DNA of 64,000 nt from an uncultured candidatus Porisulfidus sp. GTDB taxonomy: Bacteria; Pseudomonadota; Gammaproteobacteria; Poriferisulfidales; Poriferisulfidaceae. Of the stretch, positions 40,228-49,399 are shown piece by piece. Below the pieces are notes generated by a model. It saw only the letters and a list, made by a program, of their open reading frames with translations, did no database searches and had not been told where the DNA came from. The stretch is from contig CBDASZ010000002.1 of NCBI GenBank assembly GCA_965199755.1, positions 192,001-256,000 of the forward strand, read 5' to 3'. Within the stretch, counting starts at the first letter, position 1; the number at the start of each line of letters is the position of its first letter. The position numbers were made by a program, and so were the translations under genes.

Positions 40228-42981
40228 TCAGAAGTTGTAGGTCGCCTGCATGTAGTAGAACCCCCCGTTGTAGTCAAACGGAATGGACTCACCGAATTCC
40301 GAGCCTACCTCTGTCGCATGCGGGTTCTTGTCCGGATCAACATCAAACAGGTTGTCCGCACCGACCGTCATACTGAAGTTGTCGTTCACGTTATAGGTAG
40401 CGGAAAGGTCAAACAGCCAGCGATCATCCGCCCTCAGGAACCAGTCTTTAGTATCAGCGTGGTATTCGATGTGGCCACCGTAATAGCGCAACCGGCTGAT
40501 AATCTTCCACGGACCCATCTCGTAGTCTCCGGTCACGGTGAAGCGCAATTTCGGCAGACTTTCCTCAATCTGACGGCGCTTCTTATCGCCAATGGTTTCA
40601 GTATTATAGTCCGTGACCTCCGTTCGTGTCAGATTTCCAGTCAAGGTCACATCAAGACTTGCACCGCTTTCCAGGTCCATCGGATACGTGGCAACCACAT
40701 CCACGCCCTCGGTCACTGTGTCAAAGTCATTTGCGAACCAACTCACCTGGCCAATCGCATAGATGTTGGTCACACCCTGATCGAACAGTGAATCCTTGAT
40801 TCTCTTGAGTTCTGCCTCTTCGTCGGCGGCGGGATTGAAGTCCGCACGCTCTTTCAGCAATTTGTCCAAATCCTTTGCCTGCGTCTGCGCAATACGATCA
40901 TCCACTTCGATGTGATAGTAGTCAATCGTGACATCCAAATCATCAATGTTAAACACTGCGCCCAAACCAAAACTGGTCGATTCCTCCTGCTCCAGCGGAC
41001 TGGCGATGCCCGCCAGTACCGGGTCGCTGGCCGGCAACGTTAAACGGTCCACCAAGCCCTTGCTGCTAAATGCCGTGGTCACATTGCGAACATTCGCCTG
41101 ACCCACCGTAGGCACCCTGAAACCGGTACCGTAGGAACTGCGCAGCGCCAACGTATCGGTAAGCTGAATCCGGGCTGAGACCTTGCCGTCCAGAGTCGCA
41201 TCAAAATCCTCCGGGTCCTCATGCCGCAGCGCCACGCCCAACAGCAAATCGTCCGTCACGTCGGCTTCAAAGTCGATGTAGGCGGCAATCGAATCGCGGT
41301 CCCATTTGCCTGTCTGATCCGGCCGGAACCCAGTAAACCCGTTGCTACCCACGCCCAGAGAAATGGTGCCGTCTCCCAACCCCCCATAGAAAGGCACAAT
41401 ATCATCAGTAGACAAATCAGTGCTGTCACCGCCGACGGTCTTGACACTATCATCGGCATCCACGTAGTAGATATTCGTATCGCCTGAATCTGCATCGTTG
41501 CGGTAGGCGACCAGCCAGGAGTTTAATTCTCCAGGCTCAATCTCAAACTCCTCATTACGCTTCTCGAAACCGAAGCCGATGTTCAGCGGGGAGGAGAAAG
41601 CCGCAATCTCCACCTCGGTCGTGAAGTCCAGATTGAAGGCGTGATCCTTCTCCCGATACAGGCCCGGATCATAGTAGGTGGGAATGTCATTCCCCAGATG
41701 CGCCAGTTGCGGGTTGATGGTGTTGTAGATGAAGAAATCGGTCTCATGTTCGCCATACACACCTGACAGATCAAAAGTCAACTCGCCGTCCATCAGTTCA
41801 CCGCGAACGCCCAAAGCCGCACTCATATCCTCAATGTCGCCTCCGAACTGTGGCGTGAAGCCACCGGGGAAGCGCTGATTGAAGGCGTAGCACCCGTCTG
41901 GGAGAGTACCGAGCTTTTGCTGAATGTCCTGATGATCAGGCGGGTAGGTGGCGAATTTGAGTGCCGGGCAGTCTGGACCACCGTTCGGAACCTGGTCAAT
42001 CACCAACAGGTAGTGGCCGTCGGCATCATCGCTGTTGCCATCCCCCTCAAAAACGCCGCTGCGCGTATACGGATTACGGTAGTAAAACCCGCCGTCCACC
42101 GTACGCTCAGCGTAGTTGGCGAACGAATACAACTCAGTAGTATCCGACAATTCAATGCCGGCATTGGCAAACAACTTGTAGTTATCATCAATTTCCGGGG
42201 CTCCCCAGACGCCGGTGGCCGGAGTGCGTATCGCGTCGTTGCCGGCATCAATTAGGGCCTGTGCATCCGCGCGCTGTACGCTGCGGCTGGTCGGGTCGGA
42301 CGTGTTGTATTCGCCACTGATGTTTAAAAACCCGCGGTCGGTCAGCGGCAGACCAAAGTTGCCCGCTACCGTAATATTCTCGCCGTCGCCATAGTAGTAC
42401 TGACCATAGCGTGCCATCAACTGGCCGCCTTCATCGTCTTCCTTCAGCACAAAATTGACGATGCCCGCCACCGCATCCGAGCCGTACTGTGCGGCGGCAC
42501 CGTCGCGCAGCACTTCCACGCGACCGAGCGCAATGGCCGGAATGGCAGACATATCCACCGGGTGCGACCCATCACTGAGTCCGGCACCCAAAAAGGTAAT
42601 CACAGAAGAGCGGTGACGCCGTTTGCCATTGACCAGAACCAGCGTGGAATCCGGCGGTAGCCCGCGCATGTTAACCGGACGCACTAGCGTGCCCGCGTCC
42701 GAGATCGGCTGCTGACTGACATTGACACTCGGTGCAACGCGCGACAGCATGGAATCCATGCGAGTATCTCCCTGCTCGATAAACTCGCTGCCTTCCAGCA
42801 CATCCACCGGCACCGCCAAATCGGCAGAAGATCGATCAAGACTCCGCGTACCGACCACAGAAATCTCCTCAGGCTCCTCCTCTTGCGCCCACGCTTGTGA
42901 GCCGAGCGTAAAGGCAACTACCACCAACGCCAGGAACGCATTCCGGCTACTGGCCATGCTATAGGCAAAACGCATTACCAT
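40228..42981 (-). CDS. TonB-dependent receptor
   Basis: Signal peptide, EEISVVGTR TonB box, LVLVNGKRRH, VEVLRDGAAAQYGSDAVAG plug, C-terminal YNF. Confidence 0.95.
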   Translation of the reverse strand: MVMRFAYSMASSRNAFLALVVVAFTLGSQAWAQEEEPEEISVVGTRSLDRSSADLAVPVDVLEGSEFIEQGDTRMDSMLSRVAPSVNVSQQPISDAGTLVRPVNMRGLPPDSTLVLVNGKRRHRSSVITFLGAGLSDGSHPVDMSAIPAIALGRVEVLRDGAAAQYGSDAVAGIVNFVLKEDDEGGQLMARYGQYYYGDGENITVAGNFGLPLTDRGFLNISGEYNTSDPTSRSVQRADAQALIDAGNDAIRTPATGVWGAPEIDDNYKLFANAGIELSDTTELYSFANYAERTVDGGFYYRNPYTRSGVFEGDGNSDDADGHYLLVIDQVPNGGPDCPALKFATYPPDHQDIQQKLGTLPDGCYAFNQRFPGGFTPQFGGDIEDMSAALGVRGELMDGELTFDLSGVYGEHETDFFIYNTINPQLAHLGNDIPTYYDPGLYREKDHAFNLDFTTEVEIAAFSSPLNIGFGFEKRNEEFEIEPGELNSWLVAYRNDADSGDTNIYYVDADDSVKTVGGDSTDLSTDDIVPFYGGLGDGTISLGVGSNGFTGFRPDQTGKWDRDSIAAYIDFEADVTDDLLLGVALRHEDPEDFDATLDGKVSARIQLTDTLALRSSYGTGFRVPTVGQANVRNVTTAFSSKGLVDRLTLPASDPVLAGIASPLEQEESTSFGLGAVFNIDDLDVTIDYYHIEVDDRIAQTQAKDLDKLLKERADFNPAADEEAELKRIKDSLFDQGVTNIYAIGQVSWFANDFDTVTEGVDVVATYPMDLESGASLDVTLTGNLTRTEVTDYNTETIGDKKRRQIEESLPKLRFTVTGDYEMGPWKIISRLRYYGGHIEYHADTKDWFLRADDRWLFDLSATYNVNDNFSMTVGADNLFDVDPDKNPHATEVGSEFGESIPFDYNGGFYYMQATYNF

Positions 42982-43079
42982 GATCTACCCCTTAATTATA
43001 TGAGCGAAAACATTAAAACGCCAGAGCGTTACCCACGTACGTTAGCATAACTTGGCTAAAAAGTCTACATCACGGTTGT

Positions 43080-43468
43080 CGTCTTGCTTCAGCAAAGCCT
43101 TGTCCTCGGTTCGGCTCACTTGATCCACGCCATCGTTGAGCATCCTCACAACATGAAAGCGATCGATGCAAATGTCGGCGACAGTATGCTTCTTAGTCGC
43201 GCAGACGCACGTGACATATCCATATGCCGCAGTCTTGACCTGCGCACAGGCGTCCTCGCCCAGTCCCTCAAAAACGGCTCAATCGCCTCAGTCCCTTTGC
43301 CATCCGCCACATACGGTAACGGCCTCCCGCCCGACCTTGATCGACCACAAGGGTGACGTATTCATGGCGCATCTGGAACGAGGTCTCATCCATGCCAATG
43401 TGCTCCGGATACTGGGCGGGGCGCCAATCCACACCGCGATCTACTGCACACTTCATTGGGACACTCAC
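43080..43468 (-). mobile_element. ISL3-family transposase remnant (frameshifted)
   Basis: HIGMDETSFQMRHEYVTLVVD, then across frames VADGKG, MDMS and DRFHVVRMLNDGVDQV. Confidence 0.85.
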
Positions 43469-43924
43469 TCAGTCCTCGTTCGGGCGCACCAGACGCAGGT
43501 GCGGACGCTCCGCTTTAGCAGACGACTGGGCCTGTTTCTCAGGCATCGGTACCGTATCCTGCGGCATCAGATCGGATACGAACATCATGCCGGCCGGAAG
43601 ATCGCGCGGGTCCCGAAGTTCGTCCGGGCGAGCCACCAGACTGACCCCGGCCTGGGTCTCCTTGCAAAACACACTGATGACCTGCGCTATACCAATTTCC
43701 ACAAACACCGAACGACCACCAAAGCGCGCATGAAAGCGTACGCCATCTTCATCAATCACCAGATCTCGCACCGCCTGCGGCGCGATGTTGTAGAACACAT
43801 AAGGCTCCTGCTGCGCACCGGCAGCAGCCGCGTCCTCGTTGCGTACCCCCAGCATCGGCGTCCACTCATTGTCCACGGCCCATTCGTAAATGGCGCGAAT
43901 CATGTAGGGACGCAATGACACCAT
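43469..43924 (-). CDS. sspB: ClpXP adaptor SspB
   Basis: RPYMIRAIYEW...DNEWTP, FHARFGG, RPHLRLV tail. Confidence 0.93.
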   Translation of the reverse strand: MVSLRPYMIRAIYEWAVDNEWTPMLGVRNEDAAAAGAQQEPYVFYNIAPQAVRDLVIDEDGVRFHARFGGRSVFVEIGIAQVISVFCKETQAGVSLVARPDELRDPRDLPAGMMFVSDLMPQDTVPMPEKQAQSSAKAERPHLRLVRPNED

Positions 43925-43949
43925 TCCTGCGTTCCTGCGGGGTTTCTGC

Positions 43950-44573
43950 TCAGCGGCTTCGACCGCGATACAAGTCCCTCTCGGCCTCGGTCAGACTATA
44001 GGCAAAAGAATCGCGCTCATAAATGTCCTTGGCGTAGCTTCCCAATGCCGAGTGGATGTACTTTTGCGGAATGTCGTAGCAGGCGGTCAGGCGCCACAGG
44101 ATCGGCGCCAGTGAGGCGTCAAGCAGACTAAAACTGTCGCCGACAAAGTATTTGCGCCCGTTGCGCCGCAATTCAACCGCGATCCGCTGCAGGAAGTCCT
44201 GCACAGTCTGTCGCGCCTGCGCCAGCTTGCGAACCCCTGGCGAGTGCAGATCCTTGAGCTGGTCATACAGATTGCGTTCAATGCCGAGTAGCCACACCCG
44301 CGCCCGCGCCTTGCCAATCGGATCGACAGGCATCAGGGGGGGATGCGGAAAACGATCGTCCAGATACTCCATGATTACGCTGGGCTCAAGCAGCGTCATG
44401 CCTCGATCATGGAAGGTCGGGGTGGTGGCTTCCGGATTGAGCATCTTGAGATCTTCGAAGTGCGCCGGGTCATCGATGAAACTGACAAGGTCCTGCTCGG
44501 TAATATCCTTCTCGTACATGACGATGCGGACGCGATGGCACTGCGGACAATCCATATCAGAAAAAAGCTGCAT
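43950..44573 (-). CDS. sspA: stringent starvation protein A
   Basis: HRVRIV, IMEYLDDRFPHPPLMPVDP, LAPILWRL. Confidence 0.93.
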   Translation of the reverse strand: MQLFSDMDCPQCHRVRIVMYEKDITEQDLVSFIDDPAHFEDLKMLNPEATTPTFHDRGMTLLEPSVIMEYLDDRFPHPPLMPVDPIGKARARVWLLGIERNLYDQLKDLHSPGVRKLAQARQTVQDFLQRIAVELRRNGRKYFVGDSFSLLDASLAPILWRLTACYDIPQKYIHSALGSYAKDIYERDSFAYSLTEAERDLYRGRSR

Positions 44574-44591
44574 GACGTGACCTCTTGATAC

Positions 44592-45338
44592 TCAGTGGAC
44601 GTCTTTCCAATATTCACGCTTGAGGAAATAGGTCAGCCCTATCAGCATCAGCAAAAACAGTAGCACCCACCAGCCAGCGGTGGTGCGCACCATGCGCGCC
44701 GGTTCGGACACATACACCAGAAACAGCGTAATGTCCTCAATCATTCTCTGATATTCCTCCGGTGTCTTCTGTCCCGGCTCGGACAGCACCAGTTCTGAAA
44801 TCACCGACCGCATCGTGCCGGCGGCATCCTCTTGCTCAACCCACTGGGCCTGTTGCAAGCCCTGCTCGCGCCACAGCACATGCGGCATGGTGGTGTTCGG
44901 AAAACGCCAGTTGTTAACGCCCCAGGGCCGCGAGTCATCCGCATAGAACGTCATAAGGTACTGATAAATATAGGATGCGCCCTTTTGTCTGGCCATCACG
45001 CTCAGATCTGGTGGTGACGCGCCAAACCAGGTTTCCGCTTTCGCCGGGTCCATCGCTGTCTCCATCGTCTCAGAGACACGACGACCGGTGAACACCAAAT
45101 TCTCCGCGACCATGTCGTGCGGAATGCCAAGATCGTCGGCGACCCGACTGTAACGGCTGTACTTCAACGAATGGCAGCCCAGACAATAGTTGACGAAATG
45201 CCGGGCGCCGCGCTGCAGCGCCGGGCGATTGTTGAGGTCCACATGAATCTGGTAGCCCGGTAACTCCGCGCCGCCCGCCGCGAACGCGCCCGTGCCCGCA
45301 AGCGCCAGACCCAACAGCACGCAGAAACGCTTCATCAT
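44592..45338 (-). CDS. petC: cytochrome c1
   Basis: LQRGA, CLGCH, PPDLS, MPHVL, EYWKDVH. Confidence 0.96.
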   Translation of the reverse strand: MMKRFCVLLGLALAGTGAFAAGGAELPGYQIHVDLNNRPALQRGARHFVNYCLGCHSLKYSRYSRVADDLGIPHDMVAENLVFTGRRVSETMETAMDPAKAETWFGASPPDLSVMARQKGASYIYQYLMTFYADDSRPWGVNNWRFPNTTMPHVLWREQGLQQAQWVEQEDAAGTMRSVISELVLSEPGQKTPEEYQRMIEDITLFLVYVSEPARMVRTTAGWWVLLFLLMLIGLTYFLKREYWKDVH

Positions 45339-46738
45339 GCGCGCACGCGAGTGGGAACCTCGCGATCGTGTCCGAGTTTCGGGAAACTGCTGCCCGGAAT
45401 GGTGACAGCCAAAAACACCGCCGGAATCAGCCAGCTCAGCAGAATCAGCATTTGGCGATCGCCCGCCATACGCATGATGTCATAAAAACTGATCAGCCCC
45501 AGCGCAATGGCGAAAGTGGCCAGACGCACCGTGGCGCTGCGCGGGCGGCTGTAGAACCACAGCACCAGGAAAAACAGGAAGTACAACTCGGAGAATCGCA
45601 AGGCGATTTCGCTGTACAGCGGTGTCGGCGGATTGAAGCCCAGATAGCCCAGCACGGCGAAGGTAACCACGAACACCAGCAAGTTGACGCGGAACAGCGG
45701 ACTGCGGTAGCGTACCGAGCGCACTGGATTGCGGTCAATCCACGGCAGAAAGAACAACACCACGATAGCCAGCAACATGGCCAGTGCGCCGAATTGCGGG
45801 TCCGGGATCGCGCGCAGAATAGAGTAAAACGGTGTGAAATACCACACCGGCACAATGTGCTCCGGCGTCAGTAATGGATCAGCCGGCGCGAAGTTGTCCG
45901 GCTCCAGGAAATAGCCGCCCATCTCCGGAGCGAAGAATACGACCAGCGCGAACAAAAACAAGAACACCGATGCGCCCATCAAGTCCTTGACGGTGTAGTA
46001 AGGATGAAATGGAATGCCATCGATCGGATGACCGTCCTCGCCTTTGTGCTCCTTGATCTCAACGCCGTCAGGGTTGTTCGAGCCAACCTCATGCAGGGCC
46101 AGAATGTGCAGCGCCACCAGTCCCAGAATCGCCAGCGGCACGGCCGCGACATGCAAGGCAAAAAACCGTGTCAGCGTGGCGTCAGAGACGGCAAAATCGC
46201 CGCGCAGCCACACCGCGAAATCCGGTCCGATCCACGGGATCGTGCTAAACAGGTTGACAATCACCTGCGCGCCCCAGTAGGACATGTTGCCCCACGGCAG
46301 CAGATAACCCATGAACGCCTCCGCCATCAGCGCCATATACAGGAACATGCCGAGTAGCCAGATCAATTCGCGCGGCGACTTGAAGGAGCCGTACATGATG
46401 CCGCGGAACATGTGCAGGTACACTACAATGAAGAAGAATGAGGCACCAGTGGAGTGCATGTAGCGCAACAGCCAGCCCAAATCCACATCCCGCATGATGT
46501 ATTCGACCGAACCGAAGGCCAGTTCGGCGTCCGGCTTGTAGTGCATGGTCAGGAAAATGCCGGTGACGATCTGAATCACCAGCACCAAAATGGCGAGAGA
46601 GCCAAAGAAATACCAGAAATTGAAGTTTTTCGGCGCGTAATATTGCGCCAGATGCTCATTCCACAGACTCAACAGCGGAAAGCGCGCATCAATCCAGTCA
46701 AGCAAGCCGCCCAGCAAGCCGCGACGCGCGGTGCTCAT
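45335..46738 (-). CDS. petB: cytochrome b
   Basis: NFWYFFGS, RYMHSTGAS, LPWGNMSYWG, RFFALH, PVWY. Confidence 0.97.
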   Translation of the reverse strand: MSTARRGLLGGLLDWIDARFPLLSLWNEHLAQYYAPKNFNFWYFFGSLAILVLVIQIVTGIFLTMHYKPDAELAFGSVEYIMRDVDLGWLLRYMHSTGASFFFIVVYLHMFRGIMYGSFKSPRELIWLLGMFLYMALMAEAFMGYLLPWGNMSYWGAQVIVNLFSTIPWIGPDFAVWLRGDFAVSDATLTRFFALHVAAVPLAILGLVALHILALHEVGSNNPDGVEIKEHKGEDGHPIDGIPFHPYYTVKDLMGASVFLFLFALVVFFAPEMGGYFLEPDNFAPADPLLTPEHIVPVWYFTPFYSILRAIPDPQFGALAMLLAIVVLFFLPWIDRNPVRSVRYRSPLFRVNLLVFVVTFAVLGYLGFNPPTPLYSEIALRFSELYFLFFLVLWFYSRPRSATVRLATFAIALGLISFYDIMRMAGDRQMLILLSWLIPAVFLAVTIPGSSFPKLGHDREVPTRVRA

Positions 46739-47340
46739 GCCGGTGTCTCCTCAACGACCGGCATCTCCCCGATCAGAATCCGGGTGTCGCTTAAAAAACG
46801 ATACGGCGGCACTTTCAGGTTGGCGTTGGCCGGCACATTGGCATACACCCGACCAGACAAGTCAAACCGCGAACCATGACAGGCGCAGAAGAATCCGCCC
46901 AGCCACTCCGGCCCCAAATCTTCTGGCGCGGTATCCGGGCGATACATCGGGTTGCAGCCCAAGTGCGTACAAATGCCAACCAGCACCAGAAATTCCGGGC
47001 GCAATGAGCGGTGCGGGTTTTGTGCGAACGCCGGCTGTTGCGACTGTTCGGAATGCGGGTCGCGCAAATAATCCGCCTCTTGTGACAAACCGGCGACCGT
47101 CTCTGGCGGTCGGCGAATGATCCAGATCGGCTGTTTGCGCCAGATCAAATCAATCTTCTGCCCCATTTCCATGCGGCTGACATCCACTTCCACCGGCGCG
47201 CCGGCAGTGCGTGCATTGGCACTGGGGGCCATTGAGGCGACAAACGGCCACAGGGCAACGGCTGCGCCCGTTCCGCCCACCAAGGTCGTGCTGGCCGTTA
47301 GAAACCGTCGCCGTCCAGCATCAACTTCGTGCTCGGACAT
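46735..47340 (-). CDS. petA: Rieske iron-sulfur protein
   Basis: Tat RRRFL, CTHLGC, CACHGS. Confidence 0.96.
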   Translation of the reverse strand: MSEHEVDAGRRRFLTASTTLVGGTGAAVALWPFVASMAPSANARTAGAPVEVDVSRMEMGQKIDLIWRKQPIWIIRRPPETVAGLSQEADYLRDPHSEQSQQPAFAQNPHRSLRPEFLVLVGICTHLGCNPMYRPDTAPEDLGPEWLGGFFCACHGSRFDLSGRVYANVPANANLKVPPYRFLSDTRILIGEMPVVEETPA

Positions 47341-47451
47341 GTTGCGCAAACTCTCCTGAAGAAAACAGTGACGCGCCCTCCGGGTCTTGCGAAACTTGCG
47401 AGGCGCATAAAAGTCGCGGCGATTTTAACACAGAGCGCCGCCGCGCCTGAT

Positions 47452-48351
47452 ATGATGCCGCAGCAGAATTTACCACGGCGCATCGCCCCGACACCCGCGT
47501 TGCGCCTCTTCATGCGGAACGTCACCCTCTACACACTGCTGCTGCTGCTTGGGCTTACACTCGGCGCGACCCTCATGGGTGCCGCGCACCTGACGCTGGA
47601 GTTGATTTGGCCGTATGAGAAAGTGGTCAAGTACGGGGCCTTGCTGGTGGCCGCGCTCATCATCGTATTGCAGGCGCGCCGCGACGGCCTCACACGCGGC
47701 GATCTCGGTCTGCAAACCGGACACGCCGGACTGCAGCTGGTGGTTGGATTCGGCACCACGGTGGTCTTGCTGCTGCCGCTGTGGATCTTTCTGCTAGGTA
47801 CCGGCGCGCGAGAGGCGGACTTCCTGCTGCTGAGCAAATCACTGGCCTACCATGCGGGCGGGTACTTGCTGATCGGCGTCGCCGTCGCCACGGTGGAGGA
47901 GTTGTACTTTCGCGGCGTGCTGATGTCCGACGCCCGCCGCGCGAACATCCAGCTCGCGCTCATCGCATCCGCACTGCTGTACACCGTGCTGCACTTCCTG
48001 CGCCCGGAAGCCGGTTTCGGCGAGCCGCCCTGGTATGGCGGCACCCTGATGCTGATGGAGGCCGTGCAACAACTGCCACAAGCGCTGCTCGCGGACCTTC
48101 CGAAGGTTGCCACGCTGCTGGCGATCGGACTCGGACTGGGGCTAGTGCGGTGGCACACCGGCAGTCTCGCCTTGTGTATCGGGGCGCACGCAGCCATGGT
48201 GTTCAGCATGAAAATGTTTCAGGAGTTCACCGATTCCGGCCATGCTATGATGCCGTGGGTTGCCGCCGATTCCCGGGGCGGGTGGAGTAGTACCGTCTGG
48301 TTGGCCATTTTGCTCATTTTCCTGTGGCAAAAACTGCCCAAAAAATCCTGA
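47452..48351 (+). CDS. CPBP (CAAX/Abi) intramembrane metalloprotease
   Basis: EELYFRG, LYTVLH, GSLALCIGAH; start uncertain. Confidence 0.88.
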   Translation: MMPQQNLPRRIAPTPALRLFMRNVTLYTLLLLLGLTLGATLMGAAHLTLELIWPYEKVVKYGALLVAALIIVLQARRDGLTRGDLGLQTGHAGLQLVVGFGTTVVLLLPLWIFLLGTGAREADFLLLSKSLAYHAGGYLLIGVAVATVEELYFRGVLMSDARRANIQLALIASALLYTVLHFLRPEAGFGEPPWYGGTLMLMEAVQQLPQALLADLPKVATLLAIGLGLGLVRWHTGSLALCIGAHAAMVFSMKMFQEFTDSGHAMMPWVAADSRGGWSSTVWLAILLIFLWQKLPKKS

Positions 48352-48559
48352 ATTTTCTTTTATATTTCATATCTTTGCGTCACTGCACGCAAGGCTCTCT
48401 TTGACGCATCCCTCCGCGCCGTCGCGCCACCTTCTCACGGAGGCGCTCTCATAAGCTATTGAAATCTCTAGGGGAAAAAATAGTCTAAAAATTTGAACCA
48501 TTTATTTAACCCTTTTGCGCTATTTTCATTTAGGGTGGCACTCCCAACCGGAGAGACCC

Positions 48560-49399
48560 ATGCGCACCCAGTTTTTGACTGTTTTTTTGAGCCTCGCAAG
48601 CACCGTCGCGGCCGCTGGCGAGCACACTGAGATTTCGCGCTACGCCTATCTGTTGCCCGGTAGCAGCCACGCGCAGCGTCATCCGCTGCAAGTCACCGTG
48701 ACGCAAGTGCGCTTCCCGCAGGAAGTCGCCAACGTCGGTGAGGCCCTGCAGTATCTGCTGACCCGTTCCGGCTATCGGCTGGATGAGCAGCGCAGTCCGT
48801 GGGCGCGCGCCATTTTGATGCCGCAGCCATTACCGGAAGTGCAGCGCGATCTGGGGCCCATCCCGCTGGCCGAGGCGCTCGGCGTGCTGGCCGGCAGTGC
48901 CTGGCGACTGAAAGTCAATCCGCTGTACCGCACAGTGATCATTGAACCGACCGAAGCATGGCTCCAGCAACTGGAATCGGCACCGGCGCGGCTGGAAATC
49001 GAACGCTCCGTGCCGCGCGATACCGCACGTGCCGATCTCTATCTGGACTCTTCCCTCGCCGATGGCTTCAAGTCCGAGACACCACGCGATGAATTCGCGC
49101 CCGCCGCGGAAGACTATACCGTGGCGCTGGAGTTCTCCGCCTCCCTGCATGATCCCGCGGAAATCTTCGTCGACGATCTGAGCCTGCAGCAGGCGCTGGA
49201 TCTGCTGGTGCCGGAAGGTTGGCGTCTGCGCCCTGAGGTGCGCGCGCAAACGTTGCAGTCACGCATCTCGCTGATCTCATCCACCACCTGGTGGGACGCG
49301 CTGACGGAACTTGCGCACAAGCTCGGCATGCAAACGCAAAGTGAATTGCTGCTGCATGTCTTTGAAGAACAGAAACTGGTGGTGCTGGAGCAGATCTAA
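48560..49399 (+). CDS. PilL-like protein (ICE conj_PilL N-domain plus probable TcpQ-like C-domain)
   Basis: Signal peptide; SRY...QRHPL...VGEALQYLL.RSGYRL...PLPEVQRDLGP..LAEAL.VLAG.AW.L.VNP; C-terminal LQQAL..LVPEGW...WWDAL. Confidence 0.75.
   Translation: MRTQFLTVFLSLASTVAAAGEHTEISRYAYLLPGSSHAQRHPLQVTVTQVRFPQEVANVGEALQYLLTRSGYRLDEQRSPWARAILMPQPLPEVQRDLGPIPLAEALGVLAGSAWRLKVNPLYRTVIIEPTEAWLQQLESAPARLEIERSVPRDTARADLYLDSSLADGFKSETPRDEFAPAAEDYTVALEFSASLHDPAEIFVDDLSLQQALDLLVPEGWRLRPEVRAQTLQSRISLISSTTWWDALTELAHKLGMQTQSELLLHVFEEQKLVVLEQI

Noticed and set aside
47452-48351. CPBP protease as the prepilin peptidase of the pilus locus
   Set aside because: Prepilin peptidases are A24 aspartic proteases; the gene is separated from the operon by a roughly 200-bp AT-rich promoter-like gap
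48450-48555. IHF site plus sigma54 promoter for the pilus operon
   Set aside because: TGGCAC is present but the -12 TTGC element is missing, and the IHF-like match is imperfect
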